A DNA stretch of 61,352 nt, filler included, from Nemertoderma westbladi (Eukaryota > Animalia > Xenacoelomorpha): the NCBI GenBank assembly GCA_032718475.1. It is 3 parts of 3 records of this genome, joined end to end, with 100 filler letters (N's around TTAATTAATTAA, not from the genome) between each part and the next. Parts side by side here need not be neighbours in the genome. Positions count along the whole stretch, not along the records: positions 1 to 25,508 come from JAUCBJ010005237.1; 2 more parts are not named here. One strand, 5' to 3'. The position numbers and the translations under genes were made by a program. Positions 12,198-23,420 of this stretch are shown here, piece by piece (position 1 is the stretch's first letter; each line of letters opens with the position of its first letter). The notes below the pieces were generated by a model. It was not told where the DNA came from. It saw only the letters and a program-made list of their open reading frames with translations, and did no database searches.

Positions 12198-13715
12198 ATG
12201 GCTGACACAAGGCAAACTCTGTCAGATAGTCTCCTAGAAACAACAGCCTGTTTCTCAGATCAAAGTGTAGAGAATCCCAGACCGAGGTCTGAAACCCCTC
12301 ATACTGTAAGAAGGGCAACCCCTGCAATGGTTGTGTCAGAACCTAGGTTGGTAGAAAAGATTTCGCAATTTGCGAAGTTAGTGAAGCGCCGTTGGTCTGC
12401 CATAGGCACTCGGGCCCAAGTCAAGCGGGATCAAGAAGAAGCTATAAAACAGCAGCAACCTCCTAGCCAAGAACCTAGTTCTCAGCGGCCCGATAGCTCC
12501 AGTAGTTCGGATACTGTTGAGCGGATGCCCGAACGCGGAGCGAAGATGGAGGATACGGTTTATGATGAGCGGCCAACCTATGAAGAATCAACCGACGCCA
12601 CTTCTTCTCAAGTGGAAAGTGAGGTGGAAAGCGAAGTGGAAAGCGAGGTGGAAAGCGAAGTGGAAAGCGAATTAACATCAGCAGAGAAGCCGCGAACTAG
12701 AGACGCTATCGACATTTATTTGTCCGACTATCAGCGATTCCTAGGAGACGAAGAGTTGAGGAGACGGCTGTCTGGACTTTCCCCTAATAGTGAAGGAAAC
12801 AAGCTTGTGTTGGACTCAATCGATGCCGAAATGTTAGCTGCAAACCAAGCTGAATGTGATGAAAAACTCCGCCTCGTTAGAGTCCAAGAAGAAGAAGTAA
12901 AGAAAGAACTGATAGAGAGAAGAAAGGTAGCAGCAGCAGCGGCGGCGGAAGCAGAAGCAGAAAGAAAAGAAGCAGAAGCCGAAAGAAAGGCAAAAGCGGC
13001 GGAAGCAGAAGCAGAAAGAAAAGAAGCAGAAGCCGAAAGAAAGACAAAAGCGGCAGAAGCAGAAGCAGAAAGAAAAGCGGCGGAAGCCGAAAGAAAGGCA
13101 ACAGTGGCAGAAGCAGAACGGAGAGCGTCCGAGGAGACTATCCAACTAGAGTTGGAAAATCTGCAAGAGACGCAAGACAGTATAAATAAACAGTTTACTG
13201 CTAATCAGATGCAGATGATGAGAAAATCTACTCCCAAGCGCCAGGGATACACATCCTCGGAGGAAGGCGATACTACCGATCCTGAAGGTGGAGGAAATAG
13301 ATCCCATCTAAGTAGGCGTAGAAAAACATCTTACCGTCACAAATTGCCTGATTTGCCCCCAGCTGTTAGAAGACAGCTAGCTAGCACAGACTTGAGTAGT
13401 ATAGAACCCACAGAACAAATTATTCAGGTCACAAGACTCCCTACAATAGTTGATGAGCCTGAAATAATTAGGCCTGTCGTTCCCAAAGTCACTTCTGTGT
13501 TAGAGACCCCTGTACTTCCAGAGCTTAACTCTAAATTCCCTTTGCATAGTACTACACTGCCTGTACCCGGTGGAACAGTCCAAGAGAATATCCCTGTCCA
13601 GATAGCAGAGAGAGAAATCAAAAATTTGTCTCCCGTCGTGCCGCGTCAGCCCGCTACTATGTTGGCGACTCCCGCTTCGGCGGTTGAGTGGGTGGAAGAG
13701 GGACGGGGGGGATGA
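12198..13715 (+). CDS. N-terminal Gag-associated ORF (coiled-coil, low complexity)
   Basis: 505-aa ORF with (VESE)n and (AEAERK)n repeats; abuts the gag ORF at a G7 run. Confidence 0.7.
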   Translation: MADTRQTLSDSLLETTACFSDQSVENPRPRSETPHTVRRATPAMVVSEPRLVEKISQFAKLVKRRWSAIGTRAQVKRDQEEAIKQQQPPSQEPSSQRPDSSSSSDTVERMPERGAKMEDTVYDERPTYEESTDATSSQVESEVESEVESEVESEVESELTSAEKPRTRDAIDIYLSDYQRFLGDEELRRRLSGLSPNSEGNKLVLDSIDAEMLAANQAECDEKLRLVRVQEEEVKKELIERRKVAAAAAAEAEAERKEAEAERKAKAAEAEAERKEAEAERKTKAAEAEAERKAAEAERKATVAEAERRASEETIQLELENLQETQDSINKQFTANQMQMMRKSTPKRQGYTSSEEGDTTDPEGGGNRSHLSRRRKTSYRHKLPDLPPAVRRQLASTDLSSIEPTEQIIQVTRLPTIVDEPEIIRPVVPKVTSVLETPVLPELNSKFPLHSTTLPVPGGTVQENIPVQIAEREIKNLSPVVPRQPATMLATPASAVEWVEEGRGG

Positions 13716-15637
13716 ATCTCCTGCTAGGACAGATGCAGGAGACTGTCCACCAACTTAAGGGAACAGTGAGGGAAGGTAGAGCAGAGTTGCAAGAAGTGCA
13801 GCAAAGTATCGCGCTAGAACGCGACAAATTAGTCAATATACAAAAGGGCATACCAATACCCCCTGTAACATTGTGTCAACCTGTTAGGTCTGAAGTATTA
13901 CATGCGCAAGGTGTGGAGCCTACACGCATCTATACTGCTAGTGAAGTTGAAACTCCTATAGCAAACCCTATTAAGGGTGATTATAGACCTGTTATTAATG
14001 ATATTCCCTATAGACCTGATAATGATCCGATAAATTTATATACCGATAATTCGATATTAAATAACACGATGGCCCAAGAAAGCTTTACGCGTCAGATGGC
14101 TAGAACAGAAGCCCGCCAAGCGGTCAAAGTGGGAGAGATCGTCAAATTCAATGGAGATGAGATGAAATGGTTACCTTTCAACGAATATTACAAAGATAGC
14201 ATACAGAACTCTGTACTATCTAACGGAGAGAAACTTAGATTCCTCATCAAGTGCTTGGAAGGACCTCCCAAGTTAATGGCGTTAAAGTTTATTGGACATC
14301 CAGATGGATTAAGACAAGTTTGGGATACATTAAACATCAGGTATGGTAACAAGGATAACATAGCTAAGTATTTGTATGCAAAATTAGTAGCCCCCCGACA
14401 CTTCCTTAGTAGCGGGATTATAGAGTTTTCCGATGAAATTCAAGAGATCTGTAGACAACTGGACTGGTTAGGTAAGTCGCATGAATATCAGAGTTCCATG
14501 GTTATTGGAGCCGTAGTCTCTACTTTACCAAAGGGTGGAGTATGTACACGCTGGGACAAGAAAGTGTTGTACATGAATGAACAACAACGACGAAGTCCTA
14601 CCATGGCTGATCTCATGTCTTTCTTAGATAGTGAAGTAAAATTACAACTCATAAGGCAGTCCAGAGAGAAAACATCGGAAAATAAGGTAAGTGAGAAACC
14701 CGTTTCTAGGAGAAGGATAATACCAGTGTGTTATACTGACGACGGCGAAAGCCAAGCTTCTCAAGAAGAGGACAGCGGGAAAGACACAGCAAAATCTTAC
14801 TATGACAACAAGAACTATAAAGACGTAAGTAAATACAAGTCTCGAACCAGTGACAGGAGAGAACAGGTAACAACAACGCCTCCTACGTCTCCTAAGAGAA
14901 TTCACGGAAGAAAGCCCGAAGAAAGAACGAGAGTGCAGAACGTTAACCAAGTTAAGGTGAGTAACATCAAACCAAAATGTGCGCTGTGCGACGGGCCCCA
15001 CCGTTTGAGTGCGTGTGCAGAATTCCTAAAGAAATCCCTGGCAGATAGACGTGGAGTCCTGTGGGATAAGCGGTTATGTTATAACTGTCTCAGACGCGGA
15101 CACCAGCGGCGAACCTGTTACTCTGACGCAAGGTGTGCTAAGTGCGGCGCGAAACATCATAGCTTGTTGCACACGGAATTCGAACGAAACAGCCCGAGTC
15201 AGGTAAGTGAGCCCAAATCACATGTCCAATTCAGTGATGTGAACGACACTGACCAAAGTTCTGAGTGGGAAGGATTCTATACGGACGAATTCTCCGATGC
15301 CAACGAATCCTGTTATCTAATAAATACCGCAGTGTATCGAGCACTTACGTACGAAAAAGACACCGACACGGAGTTCCCCCCAACCACCTTTGACAAACAA
15401 CCATCTTGGAAAGCTCCAGCTTCCAACGTAGGAATCAGAGAATTTCCTGTAGTTCAAGTAAGAGTTCACGGTCTTAACAAAAGCTACATAGTGAACGCCC
15501 TCCTTGACTCCGGCAGCACAGGAACATTCATCGATCAAGAACTAGCCGAAGATATCTTTGCTGGACAACCCAAGTTCCGGACCCTTCCCGTAGAACTCTC
15601 AAAGAGAGATTACCTCAACAACAGGTATACCAAGTAA
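13688..15637 (+). CDS. gag: BEL/Pao Gag + aspartic protease
   Basis: KFNGDEMKWLPF..LSNGEKLRFLIKCLEG (DUF1759-like), three Cys/His fingers CALCDGPHRLSAC / CYNCLRRGHQRRTC / CAKCGAKHHSLLH, protease ALLDSGS. Confidence 0.93.
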   Translation: MGGRGTGGMNLLLGQMQETVHQLKGTVREGRAELQEVQQSIALERDKLVNIQKGIPIPPVTLCQPVRSEVLHAQGVEPTRIYTASEVETPIANPIKGDYRPVINDIPYRPDNDPINLYTDNSILNNTMAQESFTRQMARTEARQAVKVGEIVKFNGDEMKWLPFNEYYKDSIQNSVLSNGEKLRFLIKCLEGPPKLMALKFIGHPDGLRQVWDTLNIRYGNKDNIAKYLYAKLVAPRHFLSSGIIEFSDEIQEICRQLDWLGKSHEYQSSMVIGAVVSTLPKGGVCTRWDKKVLYMNEQQRRSPTMADLMSFLDSEVKLQLIRQSREKTSENKVSEKPVSRRRIIPVCYTDDGESQASQEEDSGKDTAKSYYDNKNYKDVSKYKSRTSDRREQVTTTPPTSPKRIHGRKPEERTRVQNVNQVKVSNIKPKCALCDGPHRLSACAEFLKKSLADRRGVLWDKRLCYNCLRRGHQRRTCYSDARCAKCGAKHHSLLHTEFERNSPSQVSEPKSHVQFSDVNDTDQSSEWEGFYTDEFSDANESCYLINTAVYRALTYEKDTDTEFPPTTFDKQPSWKAPASNVGIREFPVVQVRVHGLNKSYIVNALLDSGSTGTFIDQELAEDIFAGQPKFRTLPVELSKRDYLNNRYTK

Positions 15638-15645
15638 AGGGGGAA

Positions 15646-16053
15646 GTGGAGAGCAGTGATGTGGACGATCCAACTGAGGGAACACCATACTCCTCAGATA
15701 ATGACGATATTAACTCCAATGTAGATCAATGGAGACATTGCCTTGGGACGATTAATCCAGCCGACATCGATTCCAGAGGAGCAACTCCTCAAGAACTGAT
15801 AGATACTCCAGGCTGGTTAGGTGGATCCAACTCCTTAAGTAAGGAAGAAGAAGAATGGCCTCCTCATCTTACCACGGCAGAAATTAGACAGGCCAAGGGA
15901 GCGGAGAAAGTAACACAACAACTCAATCGCCCAGCTAGTCGTTTATGTTTACTGGAAAGAGACCGAAAACTGTCCGGAAACTATGGAAGGCAAGATACTC
16001 TTCCTACGACTACTTCCCTAATCCGACAAATATCTAGGGACTCCATAACGTGA
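15646..16053 (+). pseudogene. Pol remnant: end of Pao RNase H joined to the extreme C-terminal motif
   Basis: WRHCLGTINPADIDSRG...WLGG...WP followed by RPASRLCLL; RT and integrase core absent. Confidence 0.8.
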
Positions 16054-17675
16054 TAGCATGTGGAGTGGGCGTGTGACTATATCATTTTATATTTGTTTTT
16101 ATTTTATATTTATGTATGTATTATTATATAATTTTATTATAATCGTTTTCTTTAATTTTATTTAGTAGAATGTTATTTTAGAATATTTAGTAAATTAGTG
16201 CAATATATTAGTGTTTATTACGTATTTAATTACTTACAATATATTTAGTGCGACGGCAAGAAATAATTATTTTTCTCTTTCCTTACTGTCCGTATTATAT
16301 TATAAATGCGAGACTATAGTAAGATGACATGTCAGTACTTCTTAAAGTACAATAAAGCCACTACTATATTTAAGTATTATTGGTAGGCAGAGTATTAGGA
16401 ATGCAAAGTTCAGATCCTCGTGTCTCGGCTAAACCAAGCTCTGGGTAGACCTTGGAAACGACTTGCCTCTTCACACTGACATTGCTTCGTGCGATATTGC
16501 TCTTCTACCTTATAACAAATAATACATATAGTAGCGTGATGTCCCTCTAACAGTAGCGTAAATCGCAAATAAATCTGTTAAACTTTTTGACCATCTGTAA
16601 TTCTAGTCGATTAAGATATCGCGGCACCCACCGATATACTTGAAAGACAAATTCTAGAATCAGTGGTTAACGTCCCCAGACAAGTTCTGGAATAAATCGG
16701 TGCCCATCTTAAATATTAATTTAATATTTAGTAAAAATCTGTAAAATTCAGGTCCCAATTTCTAGTCAATTAAGATATCGCAGCACTTACCGATACTCTT
16801 AAAAGACAATTTTATAGAATTAAGGATCCTATGTCCCCAGACTTGCTCTGGAATCAAATTGTGTCAATTTTAACATCAAATAATAAAATTCACGGGAATA
16901 AATTCAAATTCATATTTTAAATGAATTGCATAAATTGTCATTTTGTACAATTTATAACATTCCCAAAATTCCATTAATTAATAGATCATGGGAGCGGAGA
17001 TTCATCCTATTGAGTGTATTAGAGTGTGAGAATCTCCAACATATAGTCAATAGCCGATAAAATTAATAAAATCATGCATAAAGAGGATATTGACAATTAA
17101 AGAATTATTATTAAATAGCATCCCAGATCTGTATGCATGAGAATTACCCTAATTCTACCGCTAGCATTCCATAATGTCACCATAGCAACACCCACGCTAG
17201 AATTAGAAGCAAGTTAAGAAAACAATAGAAAGCTTGTCACATTGCATAGCATAGAGAATACATAGCACGCTGTTAGTATCCAAGGATACACAGTAATAAC
17301 GTGACATTCTGGAAGGCACTGACTAACGGACAAATGGCCTGTATGTGTACAATTGGTGACAGTTGTGTGGAATTTGTGCGTTTGTAGGTGAATGTTACTG
17401 CTAAGGTGTGTTTACAGTAGCTAGTCGCAATTGTGAAAGTAACCCAACTCTCCTATAGAAAGAACCTAAAGTGGATTCAAGCCTTTGGGACAGACAGTGG
17501 AGTGACTTGTGCCGGTTGTCGTTGTCGTACTGTTGCTACATGTTGGCGTAAACACCGCGACAACGGTATATCGGCGCTGAGGATCCCACTGTCCGGGGGC
17601 AAAGAGAGGTAGGCAGCGACGTCCGCTCGCCTAAACATAAACTCATTTCGATATTAACAAACTCAGATAGCAGAT

Positions 17676-18074
17676 ATGACGGAGTTGATAGAAGATGATC
17701 TTGGTATCAAGGAGCGATATACTCTACCTTTGCAAGCCTTTGTGGATAGCTTAATACGCGGTGAAGCCGATCCAACCATTACGGAGGACGATGGTCGTTA
17801 TATCGAACCGCCGATGTCCCAAGAGCAACTTACGCGTGAATTGGACTATCGAAAATTCACCGCTCGCTATACGCATCGTAATAATACGTATATGGACCTC
17901 CTAACTACCGGCCATCCTATCGATTTACATGATACGGACGATGTAGACACCGAAAGGGAAATGGTTCTATTTAAATATCATACCCAGCGGCGTCGTAACG
18001 ATAAATCGAGAATAGATCACGAAAATTCTATTCGTAACAGACTGGGAAGACGAACCAATATGCCTAGAATCTGA
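17676..18074 (+). CDS. Unknown accessory ORF A in the BEL 3' region
   Basis: 132-aa ATG ORF in a GC-richer block; no recognisable motif. Confidence 0.5.
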   Translation: MTELIEDDLGIKERYTLPLQAFVDSLIRGEADPTITEDDGRYIEPPMSQEQLTRELDYRKFTARYTHRNNTYMDLLTTGHPIDLHDTDDVDTEREMVLFKYHTQRRRNDKSRIDHENSIRNRLGRRTNMPRI

Positions 18075-18124
18075 GGAGATTCAGCCTATCGCGCTCGGAA
18101 CAGCGACAACGATTACATCCTGGA

Positions 18125-18655
18125 ATGGTATCAAGGTCCACTGCGTACGATTATCGCCATGACAACTGTGTTTCTCGGCAACGTTGTCGGTTATGCGCAT
18201 CGAGAGACCATGTTACGCCCATGGACACAGACGTCCGCTGTTCCTATTTCCACGAACAACCGGCGATGGAAATTTATTGCGCGTATTGCAGATTTAATGA
18301 TTTGCACGTTTTTGCGGTTTGCCCTCAATTTGTGACTCAATGTCACCATTGTCAACTGGGGGGACACGCCAGTTTCGATTGCCCTTTTAATCGCGATTTG
18401 GAGGGCGTGGATGAAATGATCACACTACGTTACATTAGAGCTTGGGAAGCGAAGGCTGATTTACATCGTGATTCGCGCCATCGCTATTATCCTGGACGCG
18501 CTTACGAAGGAATTTATGCGTTCCATCCTTATCTATTCGCTTCTGTCGAACAGAAATCACGCATATCGAGTTACAGGAAGTATATCGACGGCCTTACGAA
18601 TACCGAGCCCGTGAACGCGAGTTGGAAAGGACCATTAAACCCCGGAGGTTTCTAG
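18125..18655 (+). CDS. Accessory zinc-knuckle protein (ORF B)
   Basis: CRLCASRDH, CAYCRFNDLHVFAVC, CHHCQLGGHASFDC (CX2CX4HX4C). Confidence 0.65.
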   Translation: MVSRSTAYDYRHDNCVSRQRCRLCASRDHVTPMDTDVRCSYFHEQPAMEIYCAYCRFNDLHVFAVCPQFVTQCHHCQLGGHASFDCPFNRDLEGVDEMITLRYIRAWEAKADLHRDSRHRYYPGRAYEGIYAFHPYLFASVEQKSRISSYRKYIDGLTNTEPVNASWKGPLNPGGF

Positions 18656-18954
18656 CTGCCTATAGTCCACCCACGACCCTCGTTCGGACCACTCGTAAAG
18701 GACCCGTAAGAGCGGCTGTCTTAAAACGCGCTCTCAAAGCCGTTAGACCCCTCTCCCCCGACGTTGATGTCAATCAACCCGGCACTTCGACTGGCGGATA
18801 CACCGACCATAATCCTACACCCTCTGATGCAATCATATTGCACCCTTCACCCAGGAGTTATAGCCCTCCTTGTAAAGTGGCTCGCCCCAAAGAGAAAAGG
18901 ACTCTGGCTAGCTTTAAAAAACTGCGTAAACGCCGTCCGCGCAAGAAAGACTAA
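18622..18954 (+). CDS. Accessory basic/Pro-rich ORF C
   Basis: Ends FKKLRKRRPRKKD*; C-terminus and stop retained in copy 3 (~47252-47377). Confidence 0.5.
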   Translation: MERTIKPRRFLAAYSPPTTLVRTTRKGPVRAAVLKRALKAVRPLSPDVDVNQPGTSTGGYTDHNPTPSDAIILHPSPRSYSPPCKVARPKEKRTLASFKKLRKRRPRKKD

Positions 18955-19032
18955 CTGTTTAGAGTATTTACGTATATTAGAAACTGTGATTTTGTATATT
19001 TCATAGACTCAAATCCCATTTTCTGGGAGCGG

Positions 19033-20291
19033 TGTAAAAGCTTCTGTGGGATATAACTGGCCCCTTTGCTTCGCAATCCAGTTTCCCCCCAGGCGCTGGA
19101 ATACTCTAAAAAAGGTTCTCTAACTGTATATATATTCCCCTCGCCCGCAAGGTACCGTTACAGGTGTTTTAACGGACATAAAAGTCATTCTGCTATATAC
19201 GTGTTTTAGCGGACATGGTAAGGCAAAAAACCCGCAATATGGCAAATACTTTTACACAGCTTAGCCGTGATGATTCAGATTACGACATCTAGCAGCTGGT
19301 TGCTGACATGGAAACAGCCATTGGACGCATGGTTCTTTGTTTGGCTTGAGCCAATCAGAGCGTTTTTTCCTGTCGACGTGTAGCTTTTCGGCCGATCATA
19401 AGGAGAGTGTTCAGTCTTACTGTTTTTACTTGGTACTTTGTTGTTATTGCTGTCTAAGCCAGAAACACCGGCTCTAGAGTTAATTCTTTTCATACTTTAA
19501 GAAGAAACATTAGTAGGCTTAAATTATAGAGCGTATGACTGTTATCAGTCAAATCCATTCACAATTCAATACTTTGTTGTTATTACTGTTCAACATACAT
19601 TATTATACTGCTATTTACTGTTGTGTTTGGTTGAATATTATTTGGAGAACATATATAAAGAACCCAAATTTCCCAATTTTCTTGATACACTACAGGTTAG
19701 AGAGACGGGTTATATATATAGCGATTGCGACTTATATTGTTGTGGTTTGTAGTGAATTTAATGCTATTTGATAAGCACTACATTGGTCCGTTGCTATTCC
19801 CTTTATATATGATAAAATACATTGACGGGCGGCAAATTAATGAGCAGTATTGTGTGTTACCGGTAGTGTGCATGATTGTGACCGATAACTAAGCATTTCC
19901 TAAAGAATGCGCCTCATACGTGAATCATAAGCCTTACCGACTTACCGTTGTGATTAGTATAAGTCATATCTCTGTTTACTTAGATAGAGCGCCACGTCCT
20001 AAAGGAACTGTTAATATTTCCCGAAAGTAAATAATATTAGTCAGAAATTAATTATTAATGATCAATCGAATAATACAATACCGTAAGCTTCACTGCAATA
20101 ATAATCTAAGCCGACAGAATCCAGTCTCCCGGGATTATCCAGCGGGTGAATGGACGCGCACTAGGCTGGCTTCTGCTAATGTTGTGTTTATTGGTATTAA
20201 ATATTTGTCATCTTCTAAAGTATATTTGTAAACCAAAAGACATATAAATTTTGGCAGGTTAAACTGCTAAAGGTCTTCAAAAGCGCGTACA
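19033..20291 (+). repeat. 3' LTR (1259 bp)
   Basis: Direct repeat of 8774-10032, preceded by PPT. Confidence 0.95.
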
Positions 20292-20296
20292 GCCGG

Positions 20297-20690
20297 CTCG
20301 GTGACAGTTGGACCCCACTGACACACTTTGGGTGTCATATGACACCCAATTATCACTCATAGGGTGTCATTGGCGCGAGACTGTCAGGGTGACACCTCCC
20401 AATTAGACTAATTAGACCCTAATTGACGGTTATCATCAATTAAGTAGTACATTTAATCCCTAATAGGTGTCTTATGACTCCTAATTAGGGTTTAATTGAT
20501 TATTCTAATTAATCACACCGATTAGTGCCCTGACACAATGGGTCATCAGTGTTGTCCAACCATCACCTAGAGGCCCAAATAGGTGTCTTAAGTGACACCT
20601 CTGGTCTTTTATTTATTGATACTTAATTATTTGTATTTAAGTTGGTATTTAAGTATTTAAGTCAGTAAGTTATTTAATTTGTTCGACTTT
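20297..20690 (+). mobile_element. Diverged Polinton-like TIR (remainder)
   Basis: Collinear with ~38139-38500 (gggtgtcatatgacacccaattatcac...ctaattaggg...). Confidence 0.85.
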
Positions 20691-21093
20691 AGGCTCTGGT
20701 CCAAGTCCATCAGGATCAAGCCGTCCTATTCTAGGTCTGGTATTACACAATGTCATTATTAATGACGTCTACATCGTTTGTATATAATCATTGTTATTGT
20801 TGTTATGTTGCTATGCAACGTTACGAAAATCCTTGTACTGTTAGCCTGGCTCGTTCCAGCATTGCAACACTAGTGGTTGATCTGAGTAATTCAGTTAGCT
20901 AGTTTTTGTTAGCTAGTAAAATTTTTTAAAATTATATTGTCTTCTAATTTTATTTGGAATACAACACTTTACTTGGAAAGCCAAAATATTTTAGAATAAG
21001 CAAAAAAATGTACCATAAATAAAATATAAAAAATAAGTTTTAATAGGATTGGTGACTCAAAAAAAAATTGTATATTTTATATAATTTGTATAT

Positions 21094-22136
21094 TTGTATT
21101 GGCCGGGAATGTTTAATGACATAACCTCATTTATTAGTTCATGTCGCTTCTGCCAAGAGAGATTACCAGCCAAACCAAGGGATCCTCTTATACAAAAGCC
21201 ATTACCAGAACGACCATTTCAAGAAATAGCCAGTGATATCGCTATAGTTAGTGGAAAACAATACCTGATCAATGTATGCTGCTACAGTGACTGGCCTGAG
21301 ATACATTGTTTGGGAAATAATTCCACATCCCCTGCAATCATTGACTCTCTAAAAGACTTCTTTGTCCGGACATCAGTCCCAGATGTATTTTGGTCTGACA
21401 ATGGCCCCCAATTCAAATGTCATAAAATGAAAGAATTTCTGGCTGACTGGGGAATAGAACATAAAACCAGCAGCCCCCACCATCCACAGTCGAATGGAAA
21501 AGCAGAAGCAACTGTAAAATCAATGAAAAAGTTAATTCAATCCAACCATAAAGGACACGTACTCAATATTAACGGTCTGAGACGCGCTCTTCTTTCATAC
21601 AGAAATACGCCATGTCGCCGCGATGGCCTATCCCCTGCTATGAAACTGTACGGCCGACCAATTCAGGATCGCCTACCAGCTCACCGTTCTTCGTACAATT
21701 GATACTACACAGTACACTGTGTGAAATTACACAGATAATTACAAAATTGAAATATACAGATGAAGGCTAAAGCATACTTCGACATACATACACGGCCCAA
21801 TGACTCATTCAAAATAGGGCAAATGTTTTAATATGGAATATGATAACCCGTCGGTGGAACTTATCTGGTAGCGTTATAGAGGTAATAAACCCACGTAAAT
21901 ACGTTGTTCGAACTACCAGCGGGCGTGTTCTAACGCGCAATAGAAAACATCTACATCGCCAACAAATGCTACCTGCTGCCATTCCGGTGAACGTCAAACC
22001 GCACGTAGATCACTCGGAAAATCCACAACCGATGAACACTATGGAAAAACCAATACATTCTACAACATGTCCACCTCCGCGTAGAAGTTCTAGGCAAGTT
22101 CGAAGACCAATACGCTTAATAGAGGAGATGGAATAA
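21094..22136 (+). pseudogene. Ty3/Gypsy integrase fragment
   Basis: YWPGM..CRFC, PFQEIASD, SDNGPQF, SSPHHPQSNGKAE, RVLTRNRKHL; internal stop. Confidence 0.9.
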
Positions 22137-22200
22137 AAACTGTTTTCATTCTAAACCTGAATCAATAACTGAACAATACACCGATTCAGGTTGGGGGAGG

Positions 22201-22400
22201 TGTAAGATAGTGATCACTATCAGTATCAACTGTATGTACATACTGTATAAATGTAAACCTATATAAGTAACAAGGGAGATTATTATTCTAGAACTGAGAT
22301 GAAAGAACATAGGTACATTATACGAATATCTTGTATTCTAATATTTATATAATTAAAGTAATACATGAAAATATACTCAATGTCACTTCTTTCATTATCA
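22201..22400 (+). repeat. Putative 3' LTR of the Gypsy fragment
   Basis: PPT GGGGGAGG (22193-22200) then TGT; right end uncertain. Confidence 0.5.
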
Positions 22401-22449
22401 TACATACTGGACTGTTGTTGTATAAATAAAATTGAATAATCTCTTTCTA

Positions 22450-23420
22450 TATTGCCAATTCAGTACCCAATCCCTTTTTAAATCCAAATTGTGCGTCCGT
22501 TGTAGTTAGGAATTTCAAAAATTGTTTATATTAAACAGATTCTAAGACCTTACTTGAGATATTGGCAACACAAATGCCGCGATAATTGTCATCATCAGTG
22601 AGATCTGCATTTTTATCTTTTATTAATGGATACAAATTCGAGTCTATCAACTCTTGTGGCAAACAACCTTGCACATTAATATAAGTAAATATATAAGAAA
22701 AATGTAATGAACAGTTACTGTACGGGGGGCATACTTAAAGTGCTCCGCAACTAGTCCATCCGGACCTGCGGACCTGCTGTAGCTAGCTTACTGAAAGCAT
22801 CAGAAACATCAGCCGTTGTACCAATCATATCATTCGAGTATTCAATTGATCTAACAAACCTTCGACATTATTTTTGTCCTTATTCACAGAGTTATATAAT
22901 GCACTAAATTTATCTTTAAAATGGTTACAAATTGGGGTTTCGCCAGTGGCATTACCAACTTTATTAGATAGCGGGACTGATGAGTTGTTACAATGTTTAG
23001 TAACATTTCTCCAAAAGTCATTACAGTTATCTTTGTAGAGCGAATTTGCAAGCTTGTCACAACGCAGCTGTTGTTCATTCCTCTTACATTTACGCATTGC
23101 ACGTTTGAATTGTAACTTAGACTGCATATATTCATTAAAAATAGGACCTGAACGGGGGCATTTATTAGCACGCCATAATTTAACATTTAATCTAGAAATA
23201 TTATATTTACATTGTACGATATCGTTCCATCCGGGAATATTATTATCATTAGAGTATTTACCGTTAGGTTTTAACGGAATGCATTCACTAGCAACTTGAT
23301 TAATAGCACCAATTACAGAATTATAATATAAGTTTTTAGCTTAATACTATGAGAATCTAGGGTACAATGTGCATCCCTACAGTTTAAAACATCTGAGGGA
23401 GCCATAATATCAGAATCACA
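22450..23420 (-). pseudogene. Non-LTR retrotransposon RT fragment
   Basis: KRAMRKCKRNEQ...DFWRNV, PLIKDKNADLTDDDNYRGIC, AQFGFKKGLGT; disrupted. Confidence 0.8.

Larger units (their letters stand above)
8774..20291 (+). mobile_element. Intact non-autonomous BEL/Pao LTR retrotransposon (copy 1, 11.5 kb)
   Basis: TG..CA LTRs 8774-10032 and 19033-20291, 5-bp TSD GCCGG (8769-8773, 20292-20296), PPT GGGAGCGG before the 3' LTR, Pao-type gag and protease. Confidence 0.95.
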
